Source of the DNA: Torpedo marmorata
Taxonomy: Eukaryota
Length of the DNA stretch: 64,000 bases
NCBI GenBank assembly: GCA_977017645.1
Contig: OZ360220.1
Coordinates: 157,108,001 to 157,172,000, forward strand
Direction: 5' to 3'
Shown here: one piece after another, positions 1 to 13,315 of the stretch
How the letters are laid out: each line of letters begins with the position of its first letter
Numbering within the stretch: position 1 is the stretch's first letter
Position numbers and translations under genes: made by a program
The notes under the pieces: model-generated
The model's input: the letters and a program-made list of their open reading frames with translations, nothing else
Databases searched by the model: none
Told to the model about the DNA's origin: nothing

Positions 1-694
1 TTCTTTGTTCAGCCAAAGAGGCAGGAGGTTTGAAACCCACTCCTGAGAGGATAGTGGGGGCACGTACCCTTTCCACATTTAATGGATAAGTAGTTGAGAA
101 CAATGACTACGTGTCAAGATCCAAGAGAACCAGGAGGCAGGAGTCATCCAAACAGTAGCCACCATGTATAAGATGGGCTGAACTGCCTCCGTTTTACGCT
201 TCTGTTTTTCAATGAGCCCATGGAACATGTGGGTCATTGTAAAGGCCAGAATGGCCTTCTAGAGTTGCTGGGAAGAAAATCTGCTCAGTTCCAGACTCAC
301 AGCAATGTGGCTGACCCCCATCATGTGCAGAAGAACCCCCCTCTGCTCAGGAGCAGTTCGTGAGGGCAATAAATGTTGGCCTTAGCATCCCATGATAAGT
401 GCACGTACCCAAGTGCATTGCCAGAGTTAAGAGTGCTCATGAGCCCACCACCACCCACTCCCATCCCATGGAATTTCCAGTGAAAAGTCCTAAACCATTA
501 AAGCATGATTCCATTTGAACTTGCTACAAATGAAAAGGTTCCACAGAAACAAGCTCAGTTTCTGTGGTGGCCTCTGAATCAGAATGTCCCAGGAAGTTTT
601 CCAGGGCACTGGGTTGATGTCCTCTGGATATAAGTGATTCGTTTCCCCTGAACTCTCTGACTGTGTTGGACAAACACATTGGACACTCTGTGCA

Positions 695-960
695 ACTTTA
701 CAACATAAACAGGCCTTTCAGCTCACGATGTTGTGCTAACCTATGTAAACCTACTCCACAAAAATCTAACCCTTCCCTACCTCACACCAATAACCCTCTA
801 TTTTTCTTACGGAATACATTTAAGAGACTCTTACACAGTCACATGGATAAAAGAAAAGTAGGGGGATATGGAGGAAGGGAAGGTTAGATTGACCGTGGAG
901 TAGCTTTACATAGGTCGGCCCAACATTGTGGGCCGAAGGGTCTGCACTATGCTCTAATTT
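695..960. mobile_element. Short CR1-type LINE 3'-end remnants in opposite orientations
   Basis: Plus-strand tail motif ttgtgggccgaagggtctgcactatgctcta near 927-957, and a reverse-oriented similar tail (acaggcctttcagctcacgatgttgtgc) near 709-737. The same tail is seen on other CR1/SINE copies in the window. Confidence 0.5.
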
Positions 961-1287
961 TGTGATGATCCAACAACATCACGTCTGTCATTATGTGACA
1001 ATATATTCATCAATTCTGATCATCTCTGGTTAAACTGCGAACATTTTTCCAATATTTTAATGGCAGCAGATATTATGGTGTTGAAAGCTTTCATGTAAAA
1101 GTATCAACTAAGCACAAGATTGGGTTTAATCTCCGATGATTTTTTATCCTGTCACAGATGGAGCAAATGTAAACAGATCATACCTCAGAAATAAAAGCTG
1201 ACAGACCGTGAATCTGAACTCTCCTCTAAATGATCATTATAATACTGCAGAAATCAGTTACGGCTGTTTCCAGACACTCTGTTCCCA

Positions 1288-1612
1288 GAGTGCCACAGTG
1301 GGTAGAGCCACTGTCTCACAGCTCCAGAGATCCCGGTTCAATCACAACCTCCGGCGCTGTCTGCGTGGAGTTTGCATGTTCTCCCTGTGACCTCATAGGT
1401 TCCCCCCCCCCACCAAGTGCTCCGGTTTCCTCCCACGTCCCAAAGATATGCGAGTTGGCTGGTTAATTAGCTGCTGCGTGGCCAGAAGTGTGTGAGTGAG
1501 AGATAGATTCTGGGGAGACGTGATCAGGAGAAAAAAATGGGATTGGAGTAAAGGTTAGTCAGCACAGATACAGTGGGCCGAAGGGCCTATTTCTATGCTG
1601 TATGACTCAATG
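1288..1612 (+). mobile_element. tRNA-derived V-SINE / HE1-like SINE
   Basis: tRNA-like head (cacagtgggtagagc...cccggttcaatc), V-SINE-like core (gtggagtttgcatgttctccctgtgacc...tccggtttcctcccac) and CR1-like tail gggccgaagggcctatttctatgctgtatgactc. Confidence 0.75.
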
Positions 1613-1644
1613 CCTGCATCCAAACCAGGCCAGAGCAGACAATA

Positions 1645-1995
1645 ACTTTATGGAGATTTATAAAATTATGAGAGCATTAGATAGGGTAGATGGTCTTTTT
1701 TCCCAGGATAAGGGAGTCTAAAACTAGAGGCCATAGATTTACAAAGAGAGGGTAAAGATTTAAAGGGTACCTTTCCAGACAGAGGGTGGTGAGTATGTGG
1801 AACGAGTTGTCAGAGGAACGGGTGGAGGTGGAGGTACAATGTTCAAAGGCATTAAGATAGGCATGTGGATAGGAAAGGTTTCGAAGGCTGTGGAACAACT
1901 GCAGGCAAATGGGTTTCACGTAGAAAGGCATCTGGGTCGGCATGGACCATTTGGGGCATAGGGTCTCTTTCCATACTGTTTTCCACGAAGACTAT
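1645..1995 (+). mobile_element. CR1 LINE 3' fragment (degenerate)
   Basis: atggagatttataaaattatgagagc...aaaactagaggccatagattt...cagagggtggtgagtatgtggaacgagttgtcagagg matches the CR1 ORF2 C-terminus pattern (TRGH...QRVV..WN.LP), with frameshifts. Confidence 0.75.
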
Positions 1996-2659
1996 TTAAA
2001 TCTCTAATCTCTTTGCAGGTGAATGACTACAAGAAATTAGTAGAGTGCAGATCACAGAATAAGACAATCATACAGCACAGAGGCCATTCAGCCCATTGAC
2101 TCAATACTGGCTCCTTGCAGAGCAAATCCATCAGTCCCCATTTCCCTCCTTCCCCACAGCCTGCCACTGATCTCCACCTTCCCTACAGATGACATGCATG
2201 GTCAGGTTCAGCAGAAGCGAAGAGCAGACAATTGAAATGTCGCAGACATTCATCAACGTATTTCAGTTTGCGAATAAATGGTGATGGCAGGGCTGAAACA
2301 TTTTGCTGCACCAGTTGTTCTTCAGGAAACTCGTCTGGTAACAGAGCAGGTTTCAAGCTCTGAGAATGCAGAATGCGAAGCTCACTCTCCCAGCTGCTTC
2401 TTTCAGAGGAAAGCCTTTCCTTTCCGATGTCACTGGCATAAGGAGGTCCCTGCTGTGCCATTCCTGTCTTCCCTACAGTCTCCTCACTTCTACATCACCA
2501 ACATGGTTGAAGGATGGGAAGGTCTGGGCACTCAACAACACAGGACAATAGTAGCTTCAGGCAGGGCAGGGGAACACCTTCACGGAGGAGGTGGCTTTGC
2601 AGCATTGATGAAGGAGTCCATTACTGCAGTTAAGAGGGTTTCCTGAAAGACTCATCAAA

Positions 2660-3175
2660 TGATGGAACCAAAACAGACCCTTTGGCCCATCTAGTCAGAG
2701 CCAAACCATTTATTCTGCCTAATCCCACCTGGACCATACGCCTCCCATTCAAGTATCTCTCCAACTTTCTCTTAAATGTTAAAATTGAGCCCGCATCCAC
2801 TACCTCCGTTGGCAGCTTGTTCCACGCTCTCACCAACCTTTGAGTGGAAGAGTGCAAAAAAGCCTGCTTGCATTTACTTTATCTATCCCCTCATCATTTT
2901 GAATACCTTTATAAAATCTCCCCTCATTCTTTGAAGGTCCAAGGAATAAAGTCTGAATCTATTCAACCTTTCCCTAGAACTCAGCTCTTTAGGGGCCAGC
3001 AACATCCATGTAAATTTTCTCTGCTCTCTTTCAATCTTATTGCTATCTTTTAAAATTTTAAATAAAATATTTTTTAAAAAAAATCTTATTGCTATCTTTC
3101 CTGTGGGTAGGTGCACACAGTGCTCTAAATTTGGCCTCACCAATGTCTTGTACAACCACAACATATCATCCCAAC
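2660..3175 (-). mobile_element. CR1 LINE 3' fragment
   Basis: Minus-strand ORF pieces LYKTLVRPNLEHCV, IEREQRKFTWML, RMRGDFIKVFKMM and TQRLVRAWNKLPTEVVDAGSILTFKRKL are characteristic of the CR1 ORF2 C-terminus. Interrupted by a small local duplication (aatcttattgctatcttt twice). Confidence 0.85.
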
Positions 3176-3614
3176 TGACGATGGCGATGCTGATGATGAT
3201 GAGAGTTTGTTGTCATATACACAAGTACAATGTACTGATACACCAAAATTCTTCCTTGCTGCAGCCACACAGAAATGCACCAGATGGGTAGAGTCAAGGA
3301 ACAAAAAGGGAGTGATCACTTTGCAGCCAGTGGGAGAGGGAGGAGTAGATGTGGAGACAAACTGCACAGCGATGGATGGGTCGACGGCCACCTTCATGTG
3401 AAAGATGTAGAGGCGATAGAATTTTCTAAAATACATCTAGAACTTTTAGAACCAGGAGGTTGAAAGTCTGGCAAGAGAAGGGGCAGTTCTGAAACTAAGC
3501 TGAGGAAATGGAGCTGAGCAATTGGTCAGCAGGAGAGAACTTTGGAGACAGCTTCAACAATAACAAGAGACTGGATAGGCTGGGTTCCTTTTCCTCACAA
3601 TGAAGAAGGCTGAG

Positions 3615-3935
3615 GAACCAACCTGATGGAGGCACACAAAAGTATCAAGGGGATAAGGTGGAGTGCAGGAAACATTTCCACATGGCAATGGAAACTAAAA
3701 GGATCGGAGATAGTTTTAGGATAAGGGGCAAGAGGTTTCAAGGGGCTCTGAGGAAGAACTTTTTCACCCAGGGTGTTTGGAGTCTGGAACATTGGCTGAG
3801 AGGGTGTGCAGGCAGAGACTCTCACAGCACATATGAGGTAACCAGACAAGGCTGTTATATGTGATGATTAGTATCGATAACTACGTGATGGTAGCATGGT
3901 TGTAGTGGGGCCTGTTGCTGTGCCTTATGACTCTG
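3615..3935 (+). mobile_element. CR1 LINE 3' fragment
   Basis: ORF piece FRIRGKRFQGALRKNFFTQGV and tail gggcctgttgctgtgccttatgactctg. Confidence 0.7.
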
Positions 3936-4134
3936 TGATTCTAATGATTCCACGATTGAACACTTCTTGATATTACACATCTGTTTTTCTTGCCCTCAAT
4001 GCCATAGCAATGCTTTTCACTGTACCTTAGAAACAAATCATTCAATAACCTGATTGCCTCTGCTGATTTAACAGAAATGCTTAAAAACTATTGACCCACA
4101 TGTACACTTACTATCTATTCAACTGTCATTGAGT

Positions 4135-4450
4135 CATGAGGAGATACAACACAAAAACACGCCCTTTAGCCCACTGAACCTCCACCAAACATCAAGCAAC
4201 CACTTTTATACTCTCTGAATCTATTTTATTCTCTCCACTTTTCCATCAACTCGCTCTCACATTCTACTACCACCAGGGGCAATTTACAGCAGCCATTTAA
4301 CCTCATATCATTGGGATGTGGGGGGGGGGGAAACCGACATGGTCACAGGGAGAACATGCAAACTCCACAGAGTCAGCACTGGAGGTCAGGACTGAACCCG
4401 GGTCCCTGGAGCTGTGAGGCAGTGGCTCTACCTGCTGCACCACTGGCCTG
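4135..4450 (-). mobile_element. V-SINE / HE1-like SINE
   Basis: Reverse complement of the SINE core (ggtcacagggagaacatgcaaactccac) and head (tgaacccgggtccctggagctgtgaggcag). Confidence 0.75.
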
Positions 4451-5399
4451 TTGAAAGAAAATTCTTATTAATACTCTGATAAAATAACCTTGAGAAGATG
4501 GCATCAAGGGTTGATTACAACCATTGTACCCACATTGTCTCTTGGCTTAAACTGTTCTGGAAAGGCTCTGATCTGCTACCTTTTATTTCCAAGGATAATT
4601 GAAGCTTCCATAGACCCTTCATTAGTGAAGGCATTTAGCTCTCCTGCTATCCTAGACAGACATTATTCTTTGTTCCATTTAAGGCATTCCACAAGTTACC
4701 AGGTTAAAATTAATACTTTTCACCCTCTGTCTCGCAGCCTTGCTTCAAACCCTACACAAAAGCATATTTACAGTGTATATAAATTCACAGTAGTCTGATG
4801 GTGTGTGATAACGTGACATAAAACGACAGTGTGGACTTGATCCTAGGTTTAAAGGCTGAAAGATCGTTTCTGAACAGAAAGTCATCAAAAGATTTGGAGG
4901 GAGATTTAAAAACGTTGTGCAGGAGACTAACGGAACCTGTAGAATTGTCCCACTTCAAGCCCACAATCTGGGACTAATGATCCAAAGAAGTTCAAATCCC
5001 AGCAAGGCAGCTGGAGGAGTTTAACTCAGTTAATTAAATAAAGCAGGAATTTTAGAAAAGGTCATCGTTGGTACGGGTGATCACAAAACTCAGAAGTGTT
5101 GGAAAACCCACAGAGATCACTACTCTCCTTCAAGGAAGGGAAACTTCTGCCCTTACCCAGATCTGGGGCCTTTATGGAACATCAAATTGACAGCAATGTG
5201 AGTGACTCATTGACCATCCTCAGAAATGGCCCATCAAGCTCTGCAGTTTTGCAGGAAATCTGGGCAGGAGTTAATAAATGCCAGTTTTACCGGTAACACC
5301 CAGGTCCTGCAAAATACTCAAGCAAATGATTTTCAGTTGCTATAGAGTCTAGGTCATGGATACATAGAAATAGTAGCTATGAGGTGAGGGATGCACTGT

Positions 5400-5975
5400 T
5401 TTTTTTAAATATTTTATTTAAAAAATTTTTAAATCACACATTACATAGTTTAAAATGCAAAATTATCAAATTACATGTGATACATTTTCACCCCCCTCCC
5501 TCCCTCCCCCTCCCGAAAAGAAAGAAAGAAAAAAGAAAAAGATAAAGTAAGGAGAATGTCACTCTAAAAAGAACAACTAAAAACTAATTTTATTGTGGAA
5601 CACAGGTTCGCCAGTCAGATCCAATATCCGGAGATCTTCAAATCCTTAAACCGACAGTTTTTATATATGGGCTCCATATTTTCAAAAAGAAATGATATTT
5701 ATTACGTAAATTATAAGTAATTTTTTCAAGTGGTATACATGAACGAAGTTCTGCATGCCACCTCTCTAACCTTAAATCTACATCAGATTTCCATGTAATA
5801 GCAATGCATTTCTTAGAAACAGCTAAAGCAATATGTAAAAATTCTGTTTGATACATATTTAATTTCATCTTAACACTAATTCTTTTAATATCTCCAAACA
5901 AAAATATCAAAGGATCCATTGGAAGTGTATTGGGACGCACTGTTAAAGCAAGTATCTGAACTAACACACCCGGTC
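5400..5975 (-). mobile_element. L1-clade LINE 3' fragment (ORF2 C-terminus, 3'UTR, A-rich tail)
   Basis: ORF 5638-5967: ALAVSKKCIAITWKS...WHAELRSCIPLEKITYNLRNK..FLKIWSPYI resembles fish-type L1 ORF2 C-termini. It is followed by a G-rich 3'UTR patch, AATAAA and a poly(A) read on the minus strand near 5400-5420. Confidence 0.7.
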
Positions 5976-6914
5976 ACTATCTCATAGGTAGGCCAGTATT
6001 TGGAAGTAAGAATAATAATGGGTTTGGGGACAACAAAAGAACTTATTAAGCCCCTTTGATATGGAGTATTTGCAACATTTTTCACTTATAATTGTTCTGT
6101 TTGAGGCATTCCACAAATTTCCTGATTGAAATTCATACTTTTCACCTGTTATCTTCAGGTCCTGTTTCAAATCCTGCGCAAAGGATATCTATTAAAATTC
6201 ATAACAGTGCGATAGTGGATGATAATGCACACAAAACCACAGTGGCACTCTTAATCGGAGGTTGGGACTTATTGGCTTGAAAGGCTGAATTTTCTGTTTT
6301 ATAATTGCTATGCATGGTTATGTTGCTGTGTCAATCACTCCTAAATTTCTTTAAATTGAATAGAACTCAGCAATAAAAATATCTCCATTAGATGCTGCCA
6401 GCATCCTGGGACTCCATGATTATTTTCATCTCTAAGCCACTGGTGAAGGAGGAACAAATCCTGAAGTTACCTTGTCATCATCTTTTCCCTCAGCACATCA
6501 TTAGGAAGTAAGAAAGCCAACCTATTGGAAAATGTTATGCTCCTGTGTGGCATTTTGTTCTGGCAAATCATGGGTTGCAGTTACACCAATTACCATTCTT
6601 CACCTGAATAATCAGAGCCGGAACCCAGAAGCAAGAAATGAAGAGCAAGGAAATGTACACAGGCTACTCAACTGGACTGTCCTAAAACAGACAGTAACTT
6701 TTGGCATTCACTTCTGCATCATATGCACCAGCACTGTATCTCAGGCCATACCAAAAAATACCTATCAGCCCCTTGCATCAGATGCATTGTATTCAAGAAG
6801 CCCAAATGACACTGTCTAAAGAATATTTAACAGGACAAACAGTTCTGAAAATGAATCTTCAGCTTATATATAGTTAAGGTATCTGGTATTATACCTTAGA
6901 GTCAAGACACAATT

Positions 6915-6919
6915 GAGAG

Positions 6920-6950
<31 letters not shown>
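6915..6950. repeat. (GA)n(TA)n microsatellite
   Basis: Directly visible. Confidence 0.95.
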
Positions 6951-7444
6951 AATTAAGAACTACTAATAGTTTTTTTGTCACGTTACATTATTTCAGAAAT
7001 CAAAGTACTATATATCTCTAACCAACTGTCTTCATAACTTGTTTAGCAATTTATTTTTGCCTTAAATTACAATTTCTCTAAAGGATGGTCAGTGCAAGAG
7101 AGATCTGTATATGGAAAATGACAAGATGGTGAAAGTCTTAACGTGTTTGTAATCTATGTCACTGCTTGAGACTATTAGTAAAGCAGCAGATAAATCGTGC
7201 TTTCTGTGAAAACTACCTGGTAATCAAAAAATCCCAAATCTTTTAGGCAGGCCTGTCATCATATTTGACAATGCTCCTTTTGGCATTTTTGTTACATTAA
7301 CGGTGCTGTAAAGTAGTTTACTGAGAATTTTACATATTATTCCAATTTCATCAGCAAACTCTCTAAGATTAAGTCTCCCAACAAGAACATCACAAGGTGA
7401 TTTTTATTTCTTCAACTTCAGAATTTTTGTTGTGATGTTTGAGT

Positions 7445-8245
7445 TACAGAACTATACAGCATGGAAACAGGCCCTTTGGCCCAATGCTTCCATGCTAGCC
7501 AAACTCCCTTTCTCACCTGTTCCCATTTGCATTCAGTTAGCCCATATCCCTCTCAACCCTTCCTATCCATGTACCTGTCTAAATGCCTTTTAAATGTCAC
7601 GATCGTACCCATCTCTACAGCTTCCTCTGGCAGCTCAGTCCACACACCCACCACACTCTGTCTGAATAAGGTGCCCCTCAGGCCCTCTAAATCTTTCTCC
7701 TTTCACCTTAAATGTATGCCCTCTAGTTTTAGACTCCCCAACCCTGGAGAAAAGACTGTGACCTAATGATTGTATATACCTCTGGAAGATCACCCTTCAT
7801 TTCCTATGTCCCAAGGGGAAAAGCCTCAGTTGTTGCTGTCTCTCTTTATAACTCAAGCCCTCCAGTCCCAGTAACAACCTTGTGAATCTTTTCTGTACCC
7901 TTCCAGGCTTCATGACATCCTTCCTGTAGCTAGGTGACCAGAATTGCACACTGTACTCCAAGTGTGACTTCACCAAAATCTTGTATAACTGCAACATGAC
8001 GTCCCTGCTCCTGTACTCAGTGTCCTGACCATTGAAGACAAGTGTGCCAAACATCTTCTTCACCATCCTGGCTACCTGTATTGTCACATTCTAGGGAGTA
8101 CAATACATTGTTTCTTGGTCTCTCTGTTTTACTGCGCACTCCAGGACTCTGCCACTTGCTGTGTAAGTCCTGCCCTGGTTCATCTTCCTGAAATGAAATA
8201 CTTTGCCCTTCCCCAATGTAAATTCCATCTGCCATTCTTTGGCCC
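7445..8245 (-). mobile_element. CR1 LINE 3' fragment
   Basis: ORF pieces MLQLYKILVKSHLEYSVQFWSPSYRKD...RVQKRFTRLL and the tail acagcatggaaacaggccctttggccc. Confidence 0.88.
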
Positions 8246-11200
8246 ACTTCTCCAGAAGTTGGTTTCATTACTTTTAAGGTTAGGATTTAAAATTAAACTC
8301 TGCACTTCTTAACATGGAGCCCTGTTTCGAAACGAACTGAAACTTGGAAAATACTTCACCTAAAAGCCTCAGGAGTCGTTTTAATCAGGAAAGGTTAAAA
8401 GAAGAGTCCATCAGAATTGCTTGCCCACCAAATGTTCGATGAACACTGGAAGGTTTGCATCTCGGATCGCCTCCAGGGGGAGACAGCGGTCCAAACTCGG
8501 TGGCAGCTTGCGTAACCTTAACTAACTTTCCACCAGCAACACATGAAGAAATAATGCATGTCTCCGTGACAATTGTGAGATACCGGCAAAATAAAAATCA
8601 CCAAATTATGGCTCCTTCGTAACCACTCAGCCTCGCGCATTTAACATCCGACATTCCCAATTGAGATGTGCCTCAGTATAAAAGAAGTCATACTACAATT
8701 ATACAACAAGTATTGAGGAATTGAACGTAGTCAATTGATAAATGATGCCTTGAGTTACACCCTGCGTTAGAAAAGCTGTGTTGGCGGGAGCTGCCTCCAA
8801 TTACACGTTCAAAAGGTTAACAGCTCCTGATCGCCACCCGGGTCCTAACATTGTCAACAATCGGCCCACTGTTTAAACTGGTGGTAAGAAAGATTAATTT
8901 ATATATCACTCAAAATAAAATGCCAGAATACATGTTGCGTTTAGTGCAAGGAAACGGCAGTGTGGCCGTTTTGTTGTTGCTTCCGAATAAATAGCAGAAA
9001 TGATTGCTACTCCCGGGTTCGGTCGCGCTGTAACAAAAAAAATCTCTGATTTCTATTACAGGCATTATTTACAAACTTATTTTGTATTGATCTGGCTATG
9101 CTCGCAAAGTAAAACCAATGTTTACACCATATACTGTATCGAAGTTTTAGACTATCCTTTCTGCTGGATTTTCTCATGTAAACCAATGTTTAAAGAATTC
9201 CGAGACTAAAACATCGGTTAGATTTTAAGTTTCCATTTGGGTTGTGATGTGTCCCTCTGCTTCAGGTCAATTTCCTTCAATTAAAATCGACTAATCAGTG
9301 TCAGCCCTATATTGGGACTTTGGGGAATAGATGTAAAAATCCGGCGCCAGACAACAACCAGTGATCCAAAGAGAGTGCAAAGCTGAGAGCAGTTAGCCAG
9401 ATTTCTACCCCCACCCTCCTCCCATCTCACTTAAATCATCATCGCATTGAGGCTCAGACATTTAATAATTTCTTACGACGAAAAAAATATTCGGTAAGTA
9501 TTAAATATAATATTTTCACAGGCGTTGGCCTCAGAAAAAAAATAAGCCATTGCTTGCCTTCTTCCAAAAGTCTTTGTTGTAAACGTTTTTTTCTCTCTCG
9601 CGGTGTTAAATTAAACAACTGGTGTTTTTCTACTTTCCTAGAATTGTAGTGCAGTACTCGTTTTATGTTTAACAACAAGGTGTTTAGTAACGGGAATATG
9701 TAATTAGTAGGCAATAGACTTTAATTAACATAAGTGAAGCCTGGTACTGGATGATGATTTAGATAATGAGTTGAGCATGAATATATTGACAAATTTCCGC
9801 TGTGTTCTCCTCACTACGGGGAAAAATACGTTTAGAGAGAAAGAAATCTTGATTTCACGAGGCTTGGCAGGATTTTAGCAGAAGAATCGTTATTATGATT
9901 TATAAGTTAACAGTCGAAGAATGACGGACAAATGGACATCATTAAAAATAATCGGAACTCACGAGGGCAATACGCAACATTTCCCCACGAAGAGAGGGTC
10001 TTGCAGGTGTTTACTGTAAACTCTGGGGGAGTTGTCGGGACTCGGGGGAGCTCGTGATCACGTGTGTGATTGCTGAACCCACGACTTGCTCCGGTTACTG
10101 TTGCAAGAAATAAATGGTGCCGAACGGGAAGGAATAGGATTTATTTTATGTAAATAAAATTAATCGTTGTTAGAAAAAAGCGATCGTTACTTATAACGGT
10201 TACCTTTAAATATTGAATTGAATGCATCTGCAATACCTATATTCTCTCCACTTGCTTTTCTTGGAAATGTCCAAGTGTGCAGCAATAAGAGGCCACATTT
10301 AGCGGTTCTTAAACACTGGAAGGCACAATAACTATTTGCTCAATAATTACCTACGCGATTTTGAATCAATTTATTGCAATTCTTTAAACTACCTATTAAA
10401 CAGTTGCTGGGAAATGGGCTTCCGTAAAAATGGGAAAGATATCCCCCAAAGAAAGATGATCTTCAAAGGTTGGTGTGAAGTTTACTGCGGGATTGTTTAA
10501 CTCGCTAGGAAGCCGCGAGGGATTTGTTATTTTGCACAGGTGTTCTGTTCCAAACGGAACCCTTGTACCACAAGATTTCACTCTTGATTCTGAGGACCAC
10601 AAGCACTTGGAGGTCTCCCGGAAAGCCGCTAAAAAATGGACCCCCGCCCCCACCCGGGCTACTACTGATGAACAGAAGATGAAACTTGGCAAAGAAAGTT
10701 TACTAAAGTCCCGGGATCTGTCTGACCTGTTTCCACTTGTCAGTCTCGATGCCTGTCTGAAACCTGCTCCGAGTCTCCCCAACCCCCAACTCTCTAAGGA
10801 TCTGAGCATAATGTGGTAAAAGTCTTCAGCGAACTCCTCGCGTCTTTGAAAGAAAGTTAATGGCGGGATGGCTTCTAATGCAATTATTGCGAAGGTCTCC
10901 GTGAAATTGGACCTTATTCTGTACAAATCGCTCGCTTTAATCATCTCCGGTTGAGTCTACGTGTTACACTAAATGGAAGGATTTAAATGCAGGTCAAGAC
11001 ATTTGCTACCTATCGTTTAACACTAATTGCTACAAAGGTACACAGTTCACGACATCGCAAACAAAACTAAACGTGCTCAGTTCAGATCATATTTAGAACA
11101 TGAACCGACGTTGCAGGAAGGAGATTAGACCCTCGAAGCGTTGCCAGTGTATTGTTGAAGGAGAGGATATGAGCCGGGGCGGTGGAGGTACTAGATGTTC

Positions 11201-12515
11201 CCATTGGCAAGAATCAGTCAAATGGACGGTCCTTTCCAGTCTAGCTGCCCCACACCAGTTCCCAGGACCGAGGTGTCTGTGTGAGACGAACACACCACCG
11301 GAACTGCCACTGTCAACCCGAGCTCGGCCTCCCTTCCCACTGCCTCTCCACTCTGAGGAAATGTTTTCTGAGTTTACAACTCTTCTAGTTCATGATATGC
11401 GGAATAAACGTTGACAAATTCGCATCGCTCTTTCTAATACCGCTGAAAATCGAGGAGAGATGAGATTTCCCACGTTTGGGCCTCTCGGTAAAACAGCTCG
11501 CTTTGGGGTGGGATGTGTGAGAGTGATGTGGAATCGTCACCTGTCCATTCCAAACCCCCACACCTCTCTCTCCTGTTCCCTTTCCACAGAAATAAACCTC
11601 TGTGCCTCCCGGTACCGAGCTGGAGTTTTTTTTTCATGCAGGGACATGGCAATTAAATTAACACCAACACTGCCGCTCATCGTCCTTTACCAACTGTGAC
11701 AGGAGGCTGAAGGAATTGAGATGGAGAACTCGCCCCGTCATCATCCAACGAGAGCTCGACCTCCGAATCATCGCCTCCTTCACATATTCGTTTTCCCGCC
11801 CTTCTGCCTCTTGCATTGAGTGTTGAGGTCAGTATTCATTTTGCAAAGTGGCAGAAACAGTTTGCAAACTGCTTTCGACACGGCTCCAGAACATGTACGT
11901 GAACAGAGAGTATTTCTTGAAGAAAAATGACGTGTATAAATATCTCAGTAAATAGGAGGCGAATGAACGCTCCCGAAAGATGGAGGGCAAAAACCTCTAA
12001 CTAACGCACAGTCAAACGCAGGCAACTTGGTCGGCATGAACGAGTTGGGCCGAAGGGTCTTTTTCTTTGCTGTGAGTAGAAGCTCTGTTCTCAAGCCGCT
12101 GGGTCGAGACCAGAGGGTCCCAGGAGATACAGACAACACCCTCTTGCACAACTGGTCACGTGTGTTGATCCCTCCCCCACTTGGTTACAAATCACGGGTG
12201 AGTCACAATGATGTAGGTTTCTGTGAGGGGCGCTGGACAAAGTAGGACTCTGTCTGCCTTACGGTAGACAAAAATTAAAGAATTTCATGTATGTTACATT
12301 CTAAATGTAGTATTACGTGACAATAATGGAACCTTTACCTTTCTTTACCTCTTAACCAGTTGGGTCGTAACTGTTGGGCGGGATGCTGAGGACAAGTGAA
12401 CAACATTTTCACTGGAAATGGCCACTTGCAGACCCCAAGCGCCAACTTGCCTCATTCACGAGTCCTTGTTACCAATTCAGTGTGTTGCGCTGAGTGGGAG
12501 TTGTGAGGCTCCTAC

Positions 12516-12874
12516 CTGCGTTATACGCTGCCAGGTCGGCTCCGGGTCCAGGGCTCTTCCTCTTGCGGGGACGACCCTTCTGCACCGTGTTCATGCCGTT
12601 GTAGAAGGGTAACCCCAGAGCGGCGCTGCTCTTGGGGCCCACATCCGTGTGGTTGAAGTGCGCCTGAAAATCGGTCTGAATCAGAGTCTCGAAATGAATC
12701 CTGCAGTACACCAGGCTGTCCTTCATTCCAAAGTGATCTCCGGTCGCCAGCATCTTGTTGCAAGTTGTGCACGTGAAACAGTTCAAGTGATAGACCAAGT
12801 CCCTGGCTCTCATCACCATCTCTGAAGCGGAGATGCCGAGGTGACATCTGGCGCACCTTTGCACGGAGAATCTC
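12516..12874 (-). CDS. lhx2: LIM/homeobox protein Lhx2, coding exon 3 (LIM2 domain plus linker with KGRPRKRK)
   Basis: Encodes RFSVQRCARCHLGISASEMVMRARDLVYHLNCFTCTTCNKML...QKGRPRKRKSPGPGADLAAYNA, which carries Lhx2-type rather than Lhx9-type residues. Acceptor ccacag|G at 12875/12874 and donor G|gtagg at 12516/12515; 359 bp; phase joins exon 2. Confidence 0.93.
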
Positions 12875-13048
12875 CTGTGGAGAATGGGAGGGCAATGTTG
12901 TTTAAAACCTGCTGGTGTCTCGTGTCAAATGTTTTTTTTATCCCGGTTTAAACACTCTGCCGCGGAGTAGAGCATCTATATAATCAGATACTTTTCATGA
13001 TCTACTTGGATGCCACTGTAAAAAAACTAGAACATTCGCCACAGCTCA

Positions 13049-13315
13049 AAAACACACACAGGCAGACACAGAGAAATACACAAATACATTTACAGGTGGA
13101 CACGCACAGACAACTGCACACACATACACAGGCAGACATACAGAGAAATACACAAATGCATACACAGATGCACACGCATACAGGCAAACAGACACATGCA
13201 AAGACAGACACACAAACACACAAATACACATACACAGACACAGACACACGCAGACACAAAACCAATCACACACATGTTCGCACAGCGCGCGAGCACACAC
13301 ACACCTTACACACAC
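13049..13315. repeat. Degenerate (CA)n-rich low-complexity tract in lhx2 intron 2
   Basis: Visible acacacag/acacat runs; explains the spurious HT/CV-rich ORFs. Confidence 0.9.

Noticed and set aside
1288-1360. tRNA gene (also at about 42000-42066)
   Set aside because: A/B-box-like heads continue into SINE core and tail sequence; no complete cloverleaf.
10396-10944. 182-aa minus-strand ORF inside lhx2 intron 3
   Set aside because: No recognisable domain, no similarity to Lhx2 exon 4, and no supporting splice logic; compatible with a chance ORF.
12100-12350. Possible short retroposon 3' end (gacaataatggaacctttacctt tail) in intron 3
   Set aside because: Looks repeat-derived, but family, boundaries and TSD could not be supported from the sequence alone.
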